Assembly: GCA_050018455.1 (NCBI GenBank)
Contig: JBEKAA010000013.1
Span: 14 to 64,013 of the forward strand
Origin: Thermoanaerobaculaceae bacterium
GTDB lineage: Bacteria; Acidobacteriota; Thermoanaerobaculia; Thermoanaerobaculales; Thermoanaerobaculaceae
Reading direction: 5' to 3'
DNA: 64,000 nt
A program made the translations under genes and the position numbers. The notes under the pieces are model-generated. The model was not told the origin of the DNA. It ran no database searches and was given only the letters and a program-made list of their open reading frames with translations. Below, one piece after another: positions 26,695 through 36,270 of the stretch (position 1 is its first letter; each line of letters begins with the position of its first letter).

Positions 26695-29600
26695 ATGATG
26701 CGTGGCCGGTTGCAGGCGTGTCTGCCCGCGGTAGCTTTCGCCGCGCTCGCCGCGGTGATGACGGCGGCGGGCGGGGTTCCTTCCGTGGAGTCCGCCCTTG
26801 CGGCGCTGTCGGTCGGGCTCGCGACAGTTCCGTCGGGGTGGCTCGCCCCGAGCGGCTGGCGCCGGCGCGCCTCTGAGGGGCTGCTCATTCCCCCGGCGCT
26901 CGCGCTCGTGCTGATGGCCGACCCCACGCTGCGCCGTATTGCGCTCCCGCCGCTGCTGGCGGTGGCGGCTCTCGCGATCGGCGCAGCGGCGCTGCGGATC
27001 GTGGCCCGGCGAGATCGTGCCGTGATCATCGTTGCTCTGGCGCTCGCGGTGCGCGTGGCGGGCGGCCTGGGACTCGCCGGCTACCCTCTCTGGCGCGTTG
27101 CCGTTGTGGTCGGCGCCGTGGCGCTGGCTGCGGGACTTGCAGCGCGCGTGCTGAGCCCGCGAGCGGCTCTCGTGGTCGCGTTGCTGATCGCGGCAGCGCC
27201 GATGGAGCGAGCCCTGCTCCCCTCGCTGCTGGGTTTGGCCGCAACGGCGGTCGCCCTCTGGGCGGCGGCATCGCGCCCCGCGTGGCACGATCGCCTCGCC
27301 TCCGCCTGGAGCGCTTTCTTCATTGCCGTCGGGCTCATCGTGGTGTCTCTCGCCCCGTGGGGTGGGTTCAATCTCTCCCGGGCGGCCCCCACTGCCGGCT
27401 GGACACTGGTCGCGGCCGGGGGCGCCGCTCTCATAGCGACGCCTTTCCTCCCGCCGGCGCTGGCGGGCGCGGTGTGGCTCGGCGTTTCATGCCTGTCGGG
27501 CCGGCCCCAGCCTGCGCCCCCCGACCGTCCGGGCATCGAGCTCACGGCCGCGAGGCCGGAGGCCGTGCTGCCCACGTCTGAGGGCGGGCTCTACATCGTC
27601 GAGATCTCGCTCGCCAATGCCTCGTTCCTGCCGCAGGGCACTGTCGTCGCCCTCGTGCGCGACGTCGGGCCCGACGTGCCGATCCGCGTCGGGATCGACA
27701 CGGCGGAGTGGGCGCACGAGCGGGACGACGTTCGGCGGGGTGCGGCGCACGCGCTTCCTACTGCCGCCGTGTGGCGCCCCGACAGGTACGGAAAGGACTC
27801 CACCTGGGCGGTGTCCGGCCGCAACAGCGAGCAACTGCCGAGGGGCGCTCGCCCGAGGCTGGTCCGGTCCGAGCGTCTCCCGCCTGAGGTCCTCGTGGGT
27901 GTCAGCGCTGCCGGTACGTCACGCCCGACGCCACCGCGAGACTGGCCCCTGACGAGCTGGATTCTGGCGGCCGCGGTCGTCGTCGTGGTTCTGCAACTCG
28001 CGGGAAGGACGTGGCGTTCTCCCACCGCCTTCATGCCGTGGGTGCTCCTGACCGCTCTCGCCATCGCGGCCAGGTTGCCTGTGAGCCCCTTGCGACTGCT
28101 CGCCGAACGCCACGGCGTTGACCTGGCACTCGCCGCACTGCTGCTTGCCTGGTTCCCTGCGGCCCGGGTCTGGCTTGCCCGGGGCCGTGTGTTCGCGACC
28201 GCTGCCGCGCTGCTCGTTCCCCTCGCGCTTGCCACGCCGCACCTCACACCGCCGCTCTATGGCGACGAGCCGTTCCATCTCGTCGTCCTCGACTCCCTTG
28301 CCCGGGACCACGATCTCGACCTCTCCAACAACTACGACCTGGAACACCACCCCTACAACCGGATCTACATGACCGGCAATGTCTTCCTGCACTCGCCGGT
28401 GCTGGCGATCCTGCTCCTGCCGGGCTACCTCCTGGGTGGGCGAGCCGGAGCCCTGGCCCTTCTTGCGCTCGCTGGGGCCGGTCTCACCGCGCTGGTGGCG
28501 CGGCGGGCGCGGGAGCTCGGATCGACCTCACGGCAGGTGGCGATCCTGGCGTGCGGACTCCTGCTCACGTACCCCGTCGCGACGTTCAGCACTCAGATCT
28601 GGGTGGAGGTGCCTGGCGCGCTTGCCGCCGCGGCGTGCCTCGTCATGCTGGCGCGACCGCGGGCGCAACGCGTCGCCGCGACTGTGGTTGCTGCGATCGC
28701 GGTCGCGGTGAAAACCAGGCTCGGGCTTGTGGTCGGCCCCCTTGCACTGGCGGCGTGGTGGCCGCGCCGCCGCCGGCCACGAGAGTTTGTGACCGGTGCA
28801 ATAGGTCTCGGTGTGGCCATGGCGGCGGCTCTGGCGGTCGAGGCTCTCTTCCTCGGCCACCCCCTCGGGATGCGCCGCCTGCCCGACATCGTTCCGCACG
28901 ATCTTCGCCAACCGGGGCTGGTGCTCTGCGGCCTCGCATTCGATCCCGCCGGAGGCCTGGCATTCTCCGCGCCGCTCGCGCTGCTGGCCGTGGTGGGGCT
29001 TCCGGCGCTCTGGCGACGCGGCGGATGGGGAGAGCGCGGCCTCCTGCTCGGCGGCGCTTTCACCATGGCCGCGCTCCTGCACTCGCTGGAATGGTACGGG
29101 GGCGGCGCGCCGCCCGCGCGCTACCTGATCCCCTTCCTCCCGGCGTTCGCGTTGGCCTTTGCCCAGCTCCCGGGCTCGCCTGCCCTCCGTGCGCTTCGGG
29201 CGGGCGCGGTGCCATTGAGCCTCCTCACCTGGTGGGTGTTCGTCACGCGCCCGCACTTCACGATCAACCCGGGCGACGGAGGGTGGTGGCTCGCCGACGC
29301 GCTCGCCCGCCGCTTTGCAGCCGACGCTCGGCATCTCGTGCCGTCGTTCCTCCGGCCGTCGCCCGCAACCGTTTTCGTCCCCGTCCTCATCGTGGGCGCG
29401 GCGGCGGGCATCGCCCTGATCGGTCACGCGTGCCGTCCGTTCGCACGTGCCGTCGCCCGAGCGCCGGTTTCACTCGGTCTCGTGACGGCCTGCGTTTTTC
29501 TGGTTGTTCTCACGCACCGCACCGACAAGATCGTCGAGATCGAGGACCCTCAGGTCGCGCACCTCGGGGGAACCATCGAGCCGGCGGAAGGAACGTACTC

Positions 29601-29904
29601 CCGTTTCCTGCGTCCCAACGGGTGGCGGATTCATGACGGCGAGGGCGTCGAGGTTCCGCTCAATCTTCCGGCCGGTGCCCGGTTGCGCATGGAGGGGTGG
29701 CTCGATGGTGCGGCTCAGAGCGGTGCCAAGCTGGTCGTGCGGTGGGACGGTGTTGCGGTCCGTCCAGTCCCGGTCGGTGGAGCGGTCCCAGGAACGGTCG
29801 AGCTGCCGGTACTCCATTCCAGTGGACACCACCGGTTGGGCATCGTCCTGGCGGCTCCGGCCGGCGGCGAAGCGGTTCTCAACTGCATCGTGGTGCTGCC
29901 GTGA
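26695..29904 (+). CDS. Giant polytopic membrane protein with a GT-C-like glycosyltransferase module
   Basis: About 1069 aa. Order is a membrane module, a soluble insert of about 170 aa, a second polytopic module with first-loop PPLYGDEPFH, then a C-terminal beta-rich domain of about 130 aa. Start chosen at ATG 26695. Confidence 0.55.
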   Translation: MMRGRLQACLPAVAFAALAAVMTAAGGVPSVESALAALSVGLATVPSGWLAPSGWRRRASEGLLIPPALALVLMADPTLRRIALPPLLAVAALAIGAAALRIVARRDRAVIIVALALAVRVAGGLGLAGYPLWRVAVVVGAVALAAGLAARVLSPRAALVVALLIAAAPMERALLPSLLGLAATAVALWAAASRPAWHDRLASAWSAFFIAVGLIVVSLAPWGGFNLSRAAPTAGWTLVAAGGAALIATPFLPPALAGAVWLGVSCLSGRPQPAPPDRPGIELTAARPEAVLPTSEGGLYIVEISLANASFLPQGTVVALVRDVGPDVPIRVGIDTAEWAHERDDVRRGAAHALPTAAVWRPDRYGKDSTWAVSGRNSEQLPRGARPRLVRSERLPPEVLVGVSAAGTSRPTPPRDWPLTSWILAAAVVVVVLQLAGRTWRSPTAFMPWVLLTALAIAARLPVSPLRLLAERHGVDLALAALLLAWFPAARVWLARGRVFATAAALLVPLALATPHLTPPLYGDEPFHLVVLDSLARDHDLDLSNNYDLEHHPYNRIYMTGNVFLHSPVLAILLLPGYLLGGRAGALALLALAGAGLTALVARRARELGSTSRQVAILACGLLLTYPVATFSTQIWVEVPGALAAAACLVMLARPRAQRVAATVVAAIAVAVKTRLGLVVGPLALAAWWPRRRRPREFVTGAIGLGVAMAAALAVEALFLGHPLGMRRLPDIVPHDLRQPGLVLCGLAFDPAGGLAFSAPLALLAVVGLPALWRRGGWGERGLLLGGAFTMAALLHSLEWYGGGAPPARYLIPFLPAFALAFAQLPGSPALRALRAGAVPLSLLTWWVFVTRPHFTINPGDGGWWLADALARRFAADARHLVPSFLRPSPATVFVPVLIVGAAAGIALIGHACRPFARAVARAPVSLGLVTACVFLVVLTHRTDKIVEIEDPQVAHLGGTIEPAEGTYSRFLRPNGWRIHDGEGVEVPLNLPAGARLRMEGWLDGAAQSGAKLVVRWDGVAVRPVPVGGAVPGTVELPVLHSSGHHRLGIVLAAPAGGEAVLNCIVVLP

Positions 29905-30905
29905 GCGAGGTTGACGTTCTCCTCGTGGTCCACAACCACGCCCGCACCATCCGCGCGACGCTCGAGTCCGTCGCGGCGCAGACGGTTTCCCTGGAACGCA
30001 TCGTGGTGGTGGACAACGCATCGACCGACGGCTCCGCTTCGATCGTCCAGGACGCCGGCAGGGTTTTGCCCCTCGAGTTGATCCGCTGGCCGGAGAACAG
30101 GGGATTCTCCGCCGCCGCCAACGAGGCGCTCCGCCGCGGCCGCGCACCCTGGGTGCTGGCGCTCAACCCCGATTGCCGCCTGGCGCCGGACTATCTCGAG
30201 AGGCTCCACGAAGCGCAGGCGGGAAGGGAACGGGTGGGGGCTCTCACCGGCCTCCTCATGCGCGCGCAGGGGGAGGACTTGGCGGCGACGGAGCGCGTCG
30301 ATTCCGCCGGCATGATCGTCACCGCCTCCGGAAGGCACCTTGACCGCGCGAGCGGACGAGCTCTACGAAAACGCTGGTTCCGGCCCGCGTGGGTCTTCGG
30401 TGCCTCCGGTGCGGCTGCGCTCTACCGGCGGGAGGCGCTCGACGACGTTTCGTACCCCGCGGGAGAGGCCTTCGACGAGACGTTCTTCGCCTACCGGGAA
30501 GACGCCGACCTCGCGTGGCGGCTCCAGCGCCGCGGCTGGCGCTGCCTGTTCTGGCCCGCCGCGCGAGCGTGGCACGAGCGAGGGCTCAAACCTGAGCTCG
30601 ACCGGCGCGGAACACCCGAGGTCAACAGGCACTCGGTGCGCAACCGCTTCCTGCTCCGGTGGTCCAACGCGGACTGGAGGTGGCGGGTGGCGTGCTTTCC
30701 ATGGTGGGTGCTGCGCGACGTCGTGGTCGCCAGCGCGTGCCTCACGGTCGAGCGTTCATCGGCGCCGGGCCTCAGCGAAGCCTGGGCGCTTCGCCGCCAG
30801 CAGCGAGCGCGCGGACGGGCCAACGCCTCGCGGGCGCTCGTCTCAGGGTGGCGTGTCGCCGGCTGGTTCTTCCCGGGCTGCGGAGTGCGAAAGGTCCCCG
30901 CCTGA
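29901..30905 (+). CDS. Family-2 glycosyltransferase
   Basis: VLLVVHNHARTIRATLESV...VVVDNASTDGS and FAYREDADL motifs. The GTG start overlaps the upstream stop (GTGA). Confidence 0.8.
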   Translation: MSEVDVLLVVHNHARTIRATLESVAAQTVSLERIVVVDNASTDGSASIVQDAGRVLPLELIRWPENRGFSAAANEALRRGRAPWVLALNPDCRLAPDYLERLHEAQAGRERVGALTGLLMRAQGEDLAATERVDSAGMIVTASGRHLDRASGRALRKRWFRPAWVFGASGAAALYRREALDDVSYPAGEAFDETFFAYREDADLAWRLQRRGWRCLFWPAARAWHERGLKPELDRRGTPEVNRHSVRNRFLLRWSNADWRWRVACFPWWVLRDVVVASACLTVERSSAPGLSEAWALRRQQRARGRANASRALVSGWRVAGWFFPGCGVRKVPA

Positions 30906-32020
30906 TGAGGGTCGCCATCCTGGGCACGCGGGGGATCCCAGCGAGGTACGGCGGTTTCGAGACCCTGGCCGAGGAACTGGCGGCGAGGCTTGCCGCAGCC
31001 GGCCACGCGGTTACCGTCTACACCCGATCGCACACGGCCGTCCCCGGGGTGACCTTCCACCGCGGCGCGAAGGTCCTGGTTCTGCCTGCCCTGCGCTTCA
31101 AAGCGCTCGAGACCATCTCTCACACGATTCTGTCGTCCTTGCACGCAAACCGACGCCGCTTTGACGTGATCCTGCTCTGCAACGCAGCCAACGCGCCACT
31201 GATCCCGCTGCTTCACGCCCGCCGCCTGCCGGTCGCCCTGAACGTCGACGGTCTCGAACGGAAGCGTCGCAAGTGGAACGCCCTGGGGCGTGCCTACTAT
31301 CGACTGTGCGAGCGGTTGTCGGCCCACTGGGCAGACGAGGTCGTCACCGACGCCAGGGTGATCCAGCGGTACTACCGGCGCGCCTGGCAACGCAGCTCGG
31401 TGATGATCCCGTACGGCGGCGACATCCCTTCGCCGACCGGTGACGAGTCGCTGCGCCGTCTGGGCCTGACCGCGGGCAGCTATTTTCTCTACGTGTCGCG
31501 TTTCGAGCCGGAGAACAACCCCGATCGAGTCGTCGAAGCGTACCGCTCGATTCCAGGCGAGGCCCCACTCGTACTGGTCGGCGATGCTCCGTACGCGGAC
31601 GAGTTCATACGCCGGGTGCGCTCGATGGCGTCGGCCGACCCCAGAGTGGTTCTTCCGGGTTCGGTCTACGGCGAGGGGTACCGGCAGCTGCTCTTCAACG
31701 CCCGCGCCTACATCCACGCCACCGAGGTAGGCGGAACCCACCCGGCTCTCGTAGAAGCGATGGGAGCCGGGCGCGTGGTCTTCTTCCTCGATAATCTTCC
31801 CAACCGTGAGGTCGTCGGCCGTACCGGTGTACCGTTCACCTTCACGGACGATCGACCCTTGAGTACGGCTCTGGCCGACTTCCTCGCTTCGCCCGAGCTC
31901 TTCTCGAGCCTCGGGCCGGCGGCGCGCTCGCGCGTCGCCGAGCTCTATCGCTGGGACGATGTGGCAGCCGCGTACGAACGGCTGCTGGAGGGACTGTGCT
32001 CCGCGAGCCCGCGCGCCTGA
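30905..32020 (+). CDS. GT-B glycosyltransferase (family 1/4, DUF1972-like N-terminus)
   Basis: MRVAILGTRGIPARYGGFETLAEEL N-terminus and a C-terminal EVGGTHPALVEAMGAG motif. The start overlaps the upstream stop (TGATG). Confidence 0.8.
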   Translation: MRVAILGTRGIPARYGGFETLAEELAARLAAAGHAVTVYTRSHTAVPGVTFHRGAKVLVLPALRFKALETISHTILSSLHANRRRFDVILLCNAANAPLIPLLHARRLPVALNVDGLERKRRKWNALGRAYYRLCERLSAHWADEVVTDARVIQRYYRRAWQRSSVMIPYGGDIPSPTGDESLRRLGLTAGSYFLYVSRFEPENNPDRVVEAYRSIPGEAPLVLVGDAPYADEFIRRVRSMASADPRVVLPGSVYGEGYRQLLFNARAYIHATEVGGTHPALVEAMGAGRVVFFLDNLPNREVVGRTGVPFTFTDDRPLSTALADFLASPELFSSLGPAARSRVAELYRWDDVAAAYERLLEGLCSASPRA

Positions 32021-33426
32021 TCGCCTACCGCCGCCTGGCTCTGGACGTGCTCCTCACCGTCGGGAGCTTTCTCTTCGCCCACCAGTTGCGGTCCAACGTG
32101 CTGCCGCTCGTGGTACCGCGGTTGTTCCCCGGTGGCCTCTACCCGCTGTCGGACTACCTCCCTCTGCTCGCGGTCGTGCTCCCGCTGTGGCTGGTCCTCC
32201 TCACGGCACACCGCCTCAGTGCCCCCGGCGAAGTGCTCTCCCTGCGTCGCGAGGCACTCAAGGAGCTGCGGGTGTCGGTGCTGGGCGTGGTCGTGCTGGC
32301 TGCGGTCGGCTACCTGCTCCGCCTTCAGTTCATCTCGCGACCGTTCCTCCTCCTCTTCGGCCTGACCAACGGCATCGTTCTCGCCGCAGCCCGTATCGTC
32401 GAGCGACGGACGGCGTTCGGCCGCAAGTTGATGGAGGCGCCCGAGCGAGTCGTGGTGATCGTCGGCTGCGGCGAGGAGGCGGTGTCGCTGGCGCGCCAGG
32501 TCTCCCACCACCGCGCCTGGGGGTTGCGGCTTCTCGGGCTCGTGGATGCTGACGGGTGCGGGCGAGGCGAGGCGGAAGGGTTTCCGATCGTGGGCCGGGC
32601 GTCCGAGCTCCTCGAGCTGCTCACACGCGAGGTTGTGGACGACGTGGTCCTGGCCGTTCCGACCCGCCAGCTCGGCGAGCTCGAACCGCTGTTGGTGCGG
32701 TGTCAGGAGCTCGGCGTCCGCGTTCGCGTCGCGCTGCGACCGTTCCCGCACCTGAAGCCTCATGTCGAGGTCGAGGCTCTCGATGGCGTCCCGCTGCTGA
32801 CTTTCGCAACGGCGCCGATCGCGCCGTTCGCGCTGTTCCTCAAACGCCTGATCGATCTTTTCGTGGCCTTCGCCGTGCTGGTTCTCAGCGCGCCCATCTG
32901 GCTCCTGATCGTGGCTGCGGTCCGCCTCACGTCTCGGGGTCCGGCGCTGTACCGGCAGATGCGTTGCGGCATGCACGGGCGGAGGTTCGTGCTGCTCAAG
33001 TTCCGCACCATGGTGGAGAACGCCGAGAGTCTGCGGCACGAGGTGGCGCATCTCAACGTGATGGACGGTCCGGTGTTCAAGGCGCCTGGCGACCCTCGGG
33101 TCACGCCGATTGGACATTTCCTGCGCCGCTCATCGCTTGACGAACTCCCCCAGCTCCTCAACGTCTTGAAGGGCGAGATGTCGCTCGTGGGGCCGCGTCC
33201 ACCGATCCCGCAGGAGGTCGAGCACTACGAACCGTGGCAGCGGCGGAGACTCGCCATGAAGCCGGGAGTCACGTGCCTCTGGCAGATCTCGGGGCGTTCG
33301 GACCTGGACTTCGCCACGTGGATGGAGCTCGACCTGGCCTACATCGACCACTGGTCGCTCTGGTTGGACCTCAAGATCCTCGCCCTCACGATGCCGGCGG
33401 TCTTCTCCGCCCGGGGAGCGGCGTGA
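31996..33426 (+). CDS. Polyprenyl-phosphate glycosyl-1-phosphate transferase (WbaP/bacterial sugar transferase family)
   Basis: Four to five N-terminal TM segments, a central Rossmann-like region, and the C-terminal domain KFRTM...PRVTPIGHFLRRSSLDELPQLLNVLKGEMSLVGPRPP. Confidence 0.85.
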   Translation: MLREPARLIAYRRLALDVLLTVGSFLFAHQLRSNVLPLVVPRLFPGGLYPLSDYLPLLAVVLPLWLVLLTAHRLSAPGEVLSLRREALKELRVSVLGVVVLAAVGYLLRLQFISRPFLLLFGLTNGIVLAAARIVERRTAFGRKLMEAPERVVVIVGCGEEAVSLARQVSHHRAWGLRLLGLVDADGCGRGEAEGFPIVGRASELLELLTREVVDDVVLAVPTRQLGELEPLLVRCQELGVRVRVALRPFPHLKPHVEVEALDGVPLLTFATAPIAPFALFLKRLIDLFVAFAVLVLSAPIWLLIVAAVRLTSRGPALYRQMRCGMHGRRFVLLKFRTMVENAESLRHEVAHLNVMDGPVFKAPGDPRVTPIGHFLRRSSLDELPQLLNVLKGEMSLVGPRPPIPQEVEHYEPWQRRRLAMKPGVTCLWQISGRSDLDFATWMELDLAYIDHWSLWLDLKILALTMPAVFSARGAA

Positions 33427-34306
33427 GCCGGATCACGCCCATCCCGGCGCGCACGTTGCTGGTCTCCCGAGGAACGCCCCACACGAACGCGGTAGCGTGA
33501 CCGGGGCGCGGAGCTCCGGCCCATGCGGCAGCGCCGAAAACCAGCAAACCCAAAACTGCAACTCCCACCACCCGGCCCCACCCGATCTCGGGGCGAGGCC
33601 TCAGCGGGGCGTGGGGCATCCAAACCCACCCCCCCACGAAAGCACCCGCAAGCACTGCGCCTATCGCTGCGACCGCAGACGGCGGAACGCCCCACCCCTG
33701 CACCGTCGCCACTGTGACCCAGACTACGGTCGGTGGGAACGCGTGAGCGACGGCGACCACGAGCCGCCGAGAGCGAAGCGGGCCGCCCGGCACTCCCCAG
33801 AGGTGACCGTTTAGGCGCGCCACCGCCAGCTGCACGACGACCGCACCAACGAGTGCCGAGGCGACCACGAACACCGACGGTGGAACGCCCCAGAAGCGCT
33901 TGAGGCCGGCGGCAAGCCCGTCGACCATCCCGAGAGGCGCCCCCCAGCCGAGGCCGAGCGTCGCGCTCGAGACGGCGAACTGAAAAACACCGACCTCCGA
34001 GAACCAACCCCGAGGGACCGGCACCACGGTCGGCAGCAGAACGGCCACTGCGAGAGACACGAGCGGAGGTGCGAGCCAGTACGACACGAGCGCAGCGCGA
34101 GAGGCGGCAAAGGCAACCGTCGGCTCGTTGACGAGCCCCCACGGATGTGCCCCGAAGGGAATCGCCACGCCTATCCAGCCGCCTCCGGCGATCAGCGTGC
34201 CGACGCCCTGGGCGGACGCGAGGAGGAGCCACGCGAGCGGCCAGGCGATCAGAGCCGCGCCCCACGAAAGCGCCAGTACACGTCCCGAAAGCGGGTTGAG
34301 TCGCAT
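33386..34306 (-). CDS. Polytopic membrane protein, unknown function
   Basis: About 306 aa, very hydrophobic and W/G/V-rich. Start at ATG 34306 (or 34318), only 7-19 nt from the divergent gene's start. Confidence 0.45.
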   Translation of the reverse strand: MRLNPLSGRVLALSWGAALIAWPLAWLLLASAQGVGTLIAGGGWIGVAIPFGAHPWGLVNEPTVAFAASRAALVSYWLAPPLVSLAVAVLLPTVVPVPRGWFSEVGVFQFAVSSATLGLGWGAPLGMVDGLAAGLKRFWGVPPSVFVVASALVGAVVVQLAVARLNGHLWGVPGGPLRSRRLVVAVAHAFPPTVVWVTVATVQGWGVPPSAVAAIGAVLAGAFVGGWVWMPHAPLRPRPEIGWGRVVGVAVLGLLVFGAAAWAGAPRPGHATAFVWGVPRETSNVRAGMGVIRLTPLPGRRRPPAS

Positions 34307-34324
34307 GGCCAGTATCATAGAAGG

Positions 34325-36253
34325 ATGCGCAAGGTTTGCGTGTTTCTCGCGGTGACGGCGGCGACCTCCACGATCGCGCCTGCCCAGGTCGTGAGCGAGT
34401 GGCGCACGGCTCACGGTCTTCCCGTGGCGGTGGTCGAGGTCGCAGGCGGCGACGTCGAGCACTTCGCCGCGCTGGTCCCGGCCGATGCCGCGGCGCCCAA
34501 CGCGGTGGCCGGCTTCTCCGTCGAGGTGAGGCCGCGACGCGCCAGCCAGCTCTGGAGCGCTTCGGTGCCGTCGCTCGCGGCACAGCCGGCGCTCACCGAG
34601 TTCATCGCCGCGCTCTCCGCGTGCGGGTCCGCGGCGATCGTGGCACTGGGTCCGGTACCCGCGCGAGAGATCCAGAGTCTGGGTGCGGCGATCGAGGCGA
34701 TCCCGGCGCGGGCACCGACACGCCGTCCGTGCGTTCTCGCCGAAGGCGCTGTCGGGGAGCGTCGCGGCGCTCCCGATTCCGTCGAGCTTGCAATCGCTCT
34801 CCCACCACCGGACGATCCGAGAAGCGACCTTGCTCCGGCTCTCATCTCATGGGTCCGCGCGCGGCTCGCTTCAAGCTTCCCGGACGCTCGCGTGGCGAGC
34901 GAGCTCCAGGACGACTGCGCCCGGATGGTGGTGCGCCTGCCTGCCCGCGACGAGCACCCGCGCGTCGTGCTTCGAAAACTGCGGCAGACTCTCGCCCAGC
35001 TTCCTATGGCCCCGCTCAGCGGTGACGAGCTGGCGCGAGCGGTCGCGGCTTGCCAGGCGCGCTCAGGCCAGGCGGCGGTGGGTGGTGCTCCCGTCACGGA
35101 AGAGCTGGCCGAACGGCTGGCGCTCGGGGGGAGCGCGGTGTGTGCCTTTGCCACGCCCTCGATCGACGGGACCACGTTGGCTGATTTCGCCCGCCAGGTC
35201 TTGAGCGGCCACCCCGGCTCCGCAACGCTGGTCGAGCAGGAGCGCCGCCCGCAGGTCGAGCCCCCCGACACCCTGGAGAACGGCGTGGTGGTGACCACGA
35301 GTTGGATCCCCGGCGAGACGGGGGTGGTCGCCTTGGCGCTGGGCGGCGTCGCACCGCGCTCCGGGCACGACATCCTGGCGGCTGCCGCAGCGACCGCAGC
35401 CGCCCAGGGGTGGCCGGTGACGGTGGGCGAGATCGCCGGCGTGCCGACGCTCGCGATCGCGGCCCCCGCGGCTTCGATCACGGACGCGATGGAGCGAGCG
35501 AGCGAAAGCGTGTCGTCGGCACGGCCCGTCGCCCGGGACGATCTCGAGGCCGAAGCGTCGCGGATGCTCGGGCTTGCCGAATCGCTCACGGCGGAGACGC
35601 TTTCGGTCGCCCTCGCTCTTCCGCCGGAGGTCGAGGTGGGCACCGAAGCAGCAGGAAAGTTCTTCGGCAGCCTCCCATCCGGACGGGTGAGCGCGGGGGT
35701 CGCGCCCGCCGGCCCCGGTCTCAAATGGACCGTCGGCGAGGGCACGCCTCAGGTTCTCGGTATCGCGGAGTTGCCGCCGTCCGCGATGGGGCTGGTCGCC
35801 TGGCAGGTCCTGCACGATCGTCTCACTCAGGAGAACGGCGTCCGGGCGACGGCGCTCGCGCCACCGGGGCGCTTGCTCCTGGCGATCGCATCGGAAGGCG
35901 GCGAGAACGTCCCGGCGCTCGACGGCCGCCTCGCTGCTCTCTGGAAGGGCGCTTTGCGCCCGGCCTCAAGCGCCGAGGCGGGTGCGGCGGCCCACCGAGC
36001 CCTGGCGTGCCTGTACGGTGACACCGCTCAGGCAGCTGCCCGCGCAGCCGCGGCCGCGTTTCTCCCGACGGTGCCGACCCAGGCGGAGCTTCTCGGGACC
36101 GACGTGGCACAGGTCAACAAGGTGATCGCCGCGCTGCCCGCTTGGGAGAAGTTGACCCGCTTCGCGCGCGGTGCGCCGCCTCCGGCATCGGATCAGCCAG
36201 GCCACAAGGGCAGTGTGCGAAAATCCCGCTCCCCTCAACTTCAGGAGCGGTGA
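34325..36253 (+). CDS. Secreted protein, possibly a degenerate M16 (pitrilysin)-like fold without the HxxEH motif
   Basis: Signal peptide MRKVCVFLAVTAATSTIAPAQV with GAAGGA SD. 642 aa, Ala-rich. The M16 resemblance is weak and no catalytic motif was seen. Confidence 0.35.
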   Translation: MRKVCVFLAVTAATSTIAPAQVVSEWRTAHGLPVAVVEVAGGDVEHFAALVPADAAAPNAVAGFSVEVRPRRASQLWSASVPSLAAQPALTEFIAALSACGSAAIVALGPVPAREIQSLGAAIEAIPARAPTRRPCVLAEGAVGERRGAPDSVELAIALPPPDDPRSDLAPALISWVRARLASSFPDARVASELQDDCARMVVRLPARDEHPRVVLRKLRQTLAQLPMAPLSGDELARAVAACQARSGQAAVGGAPVTEELAERLALGGSAVCAFATPSIDGTTLADFARQVLSGHPGSATLVEQERRPQVEPPDTLENGVVVTTSWIPGETGVVALALGGVAPRSGHDILAAAAATAAAQGWPVTVGEIAGVPTLAIAAPAASITDAMERASESVSSARPVARDDLEAEASRMLGLAESLTAETLSVALALPPEVEVGTEAAGKFFGSLPSGRVSAGVAPAGPGLKWTVGEGTPQVLGIAELPPSAMGLVAWQVLHDRLTQENGVRATALAPPGRLLLAIASEGGENVPALDGRLAALWKGALRPASSAEAGAAAHRALACLYGDTAQAAARAAAAAFLPTVPTQAELLGTDVAQVNKVIAALPAWEKLTRFARGAPPPASDQPGHKGSVRKSRSPQLQER

Positions 36254-36270
36254 GGGAACCGGGAGGGTCG

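Noticed and set aside
24849-27029. 726-aa minus ORF covering serS in another frame
   Set aside because: Only its last 154 codons (24849-25313, with SD and signal peptide) look real. The rest overlaps serS out of frame and is Arg/Pro-rich.
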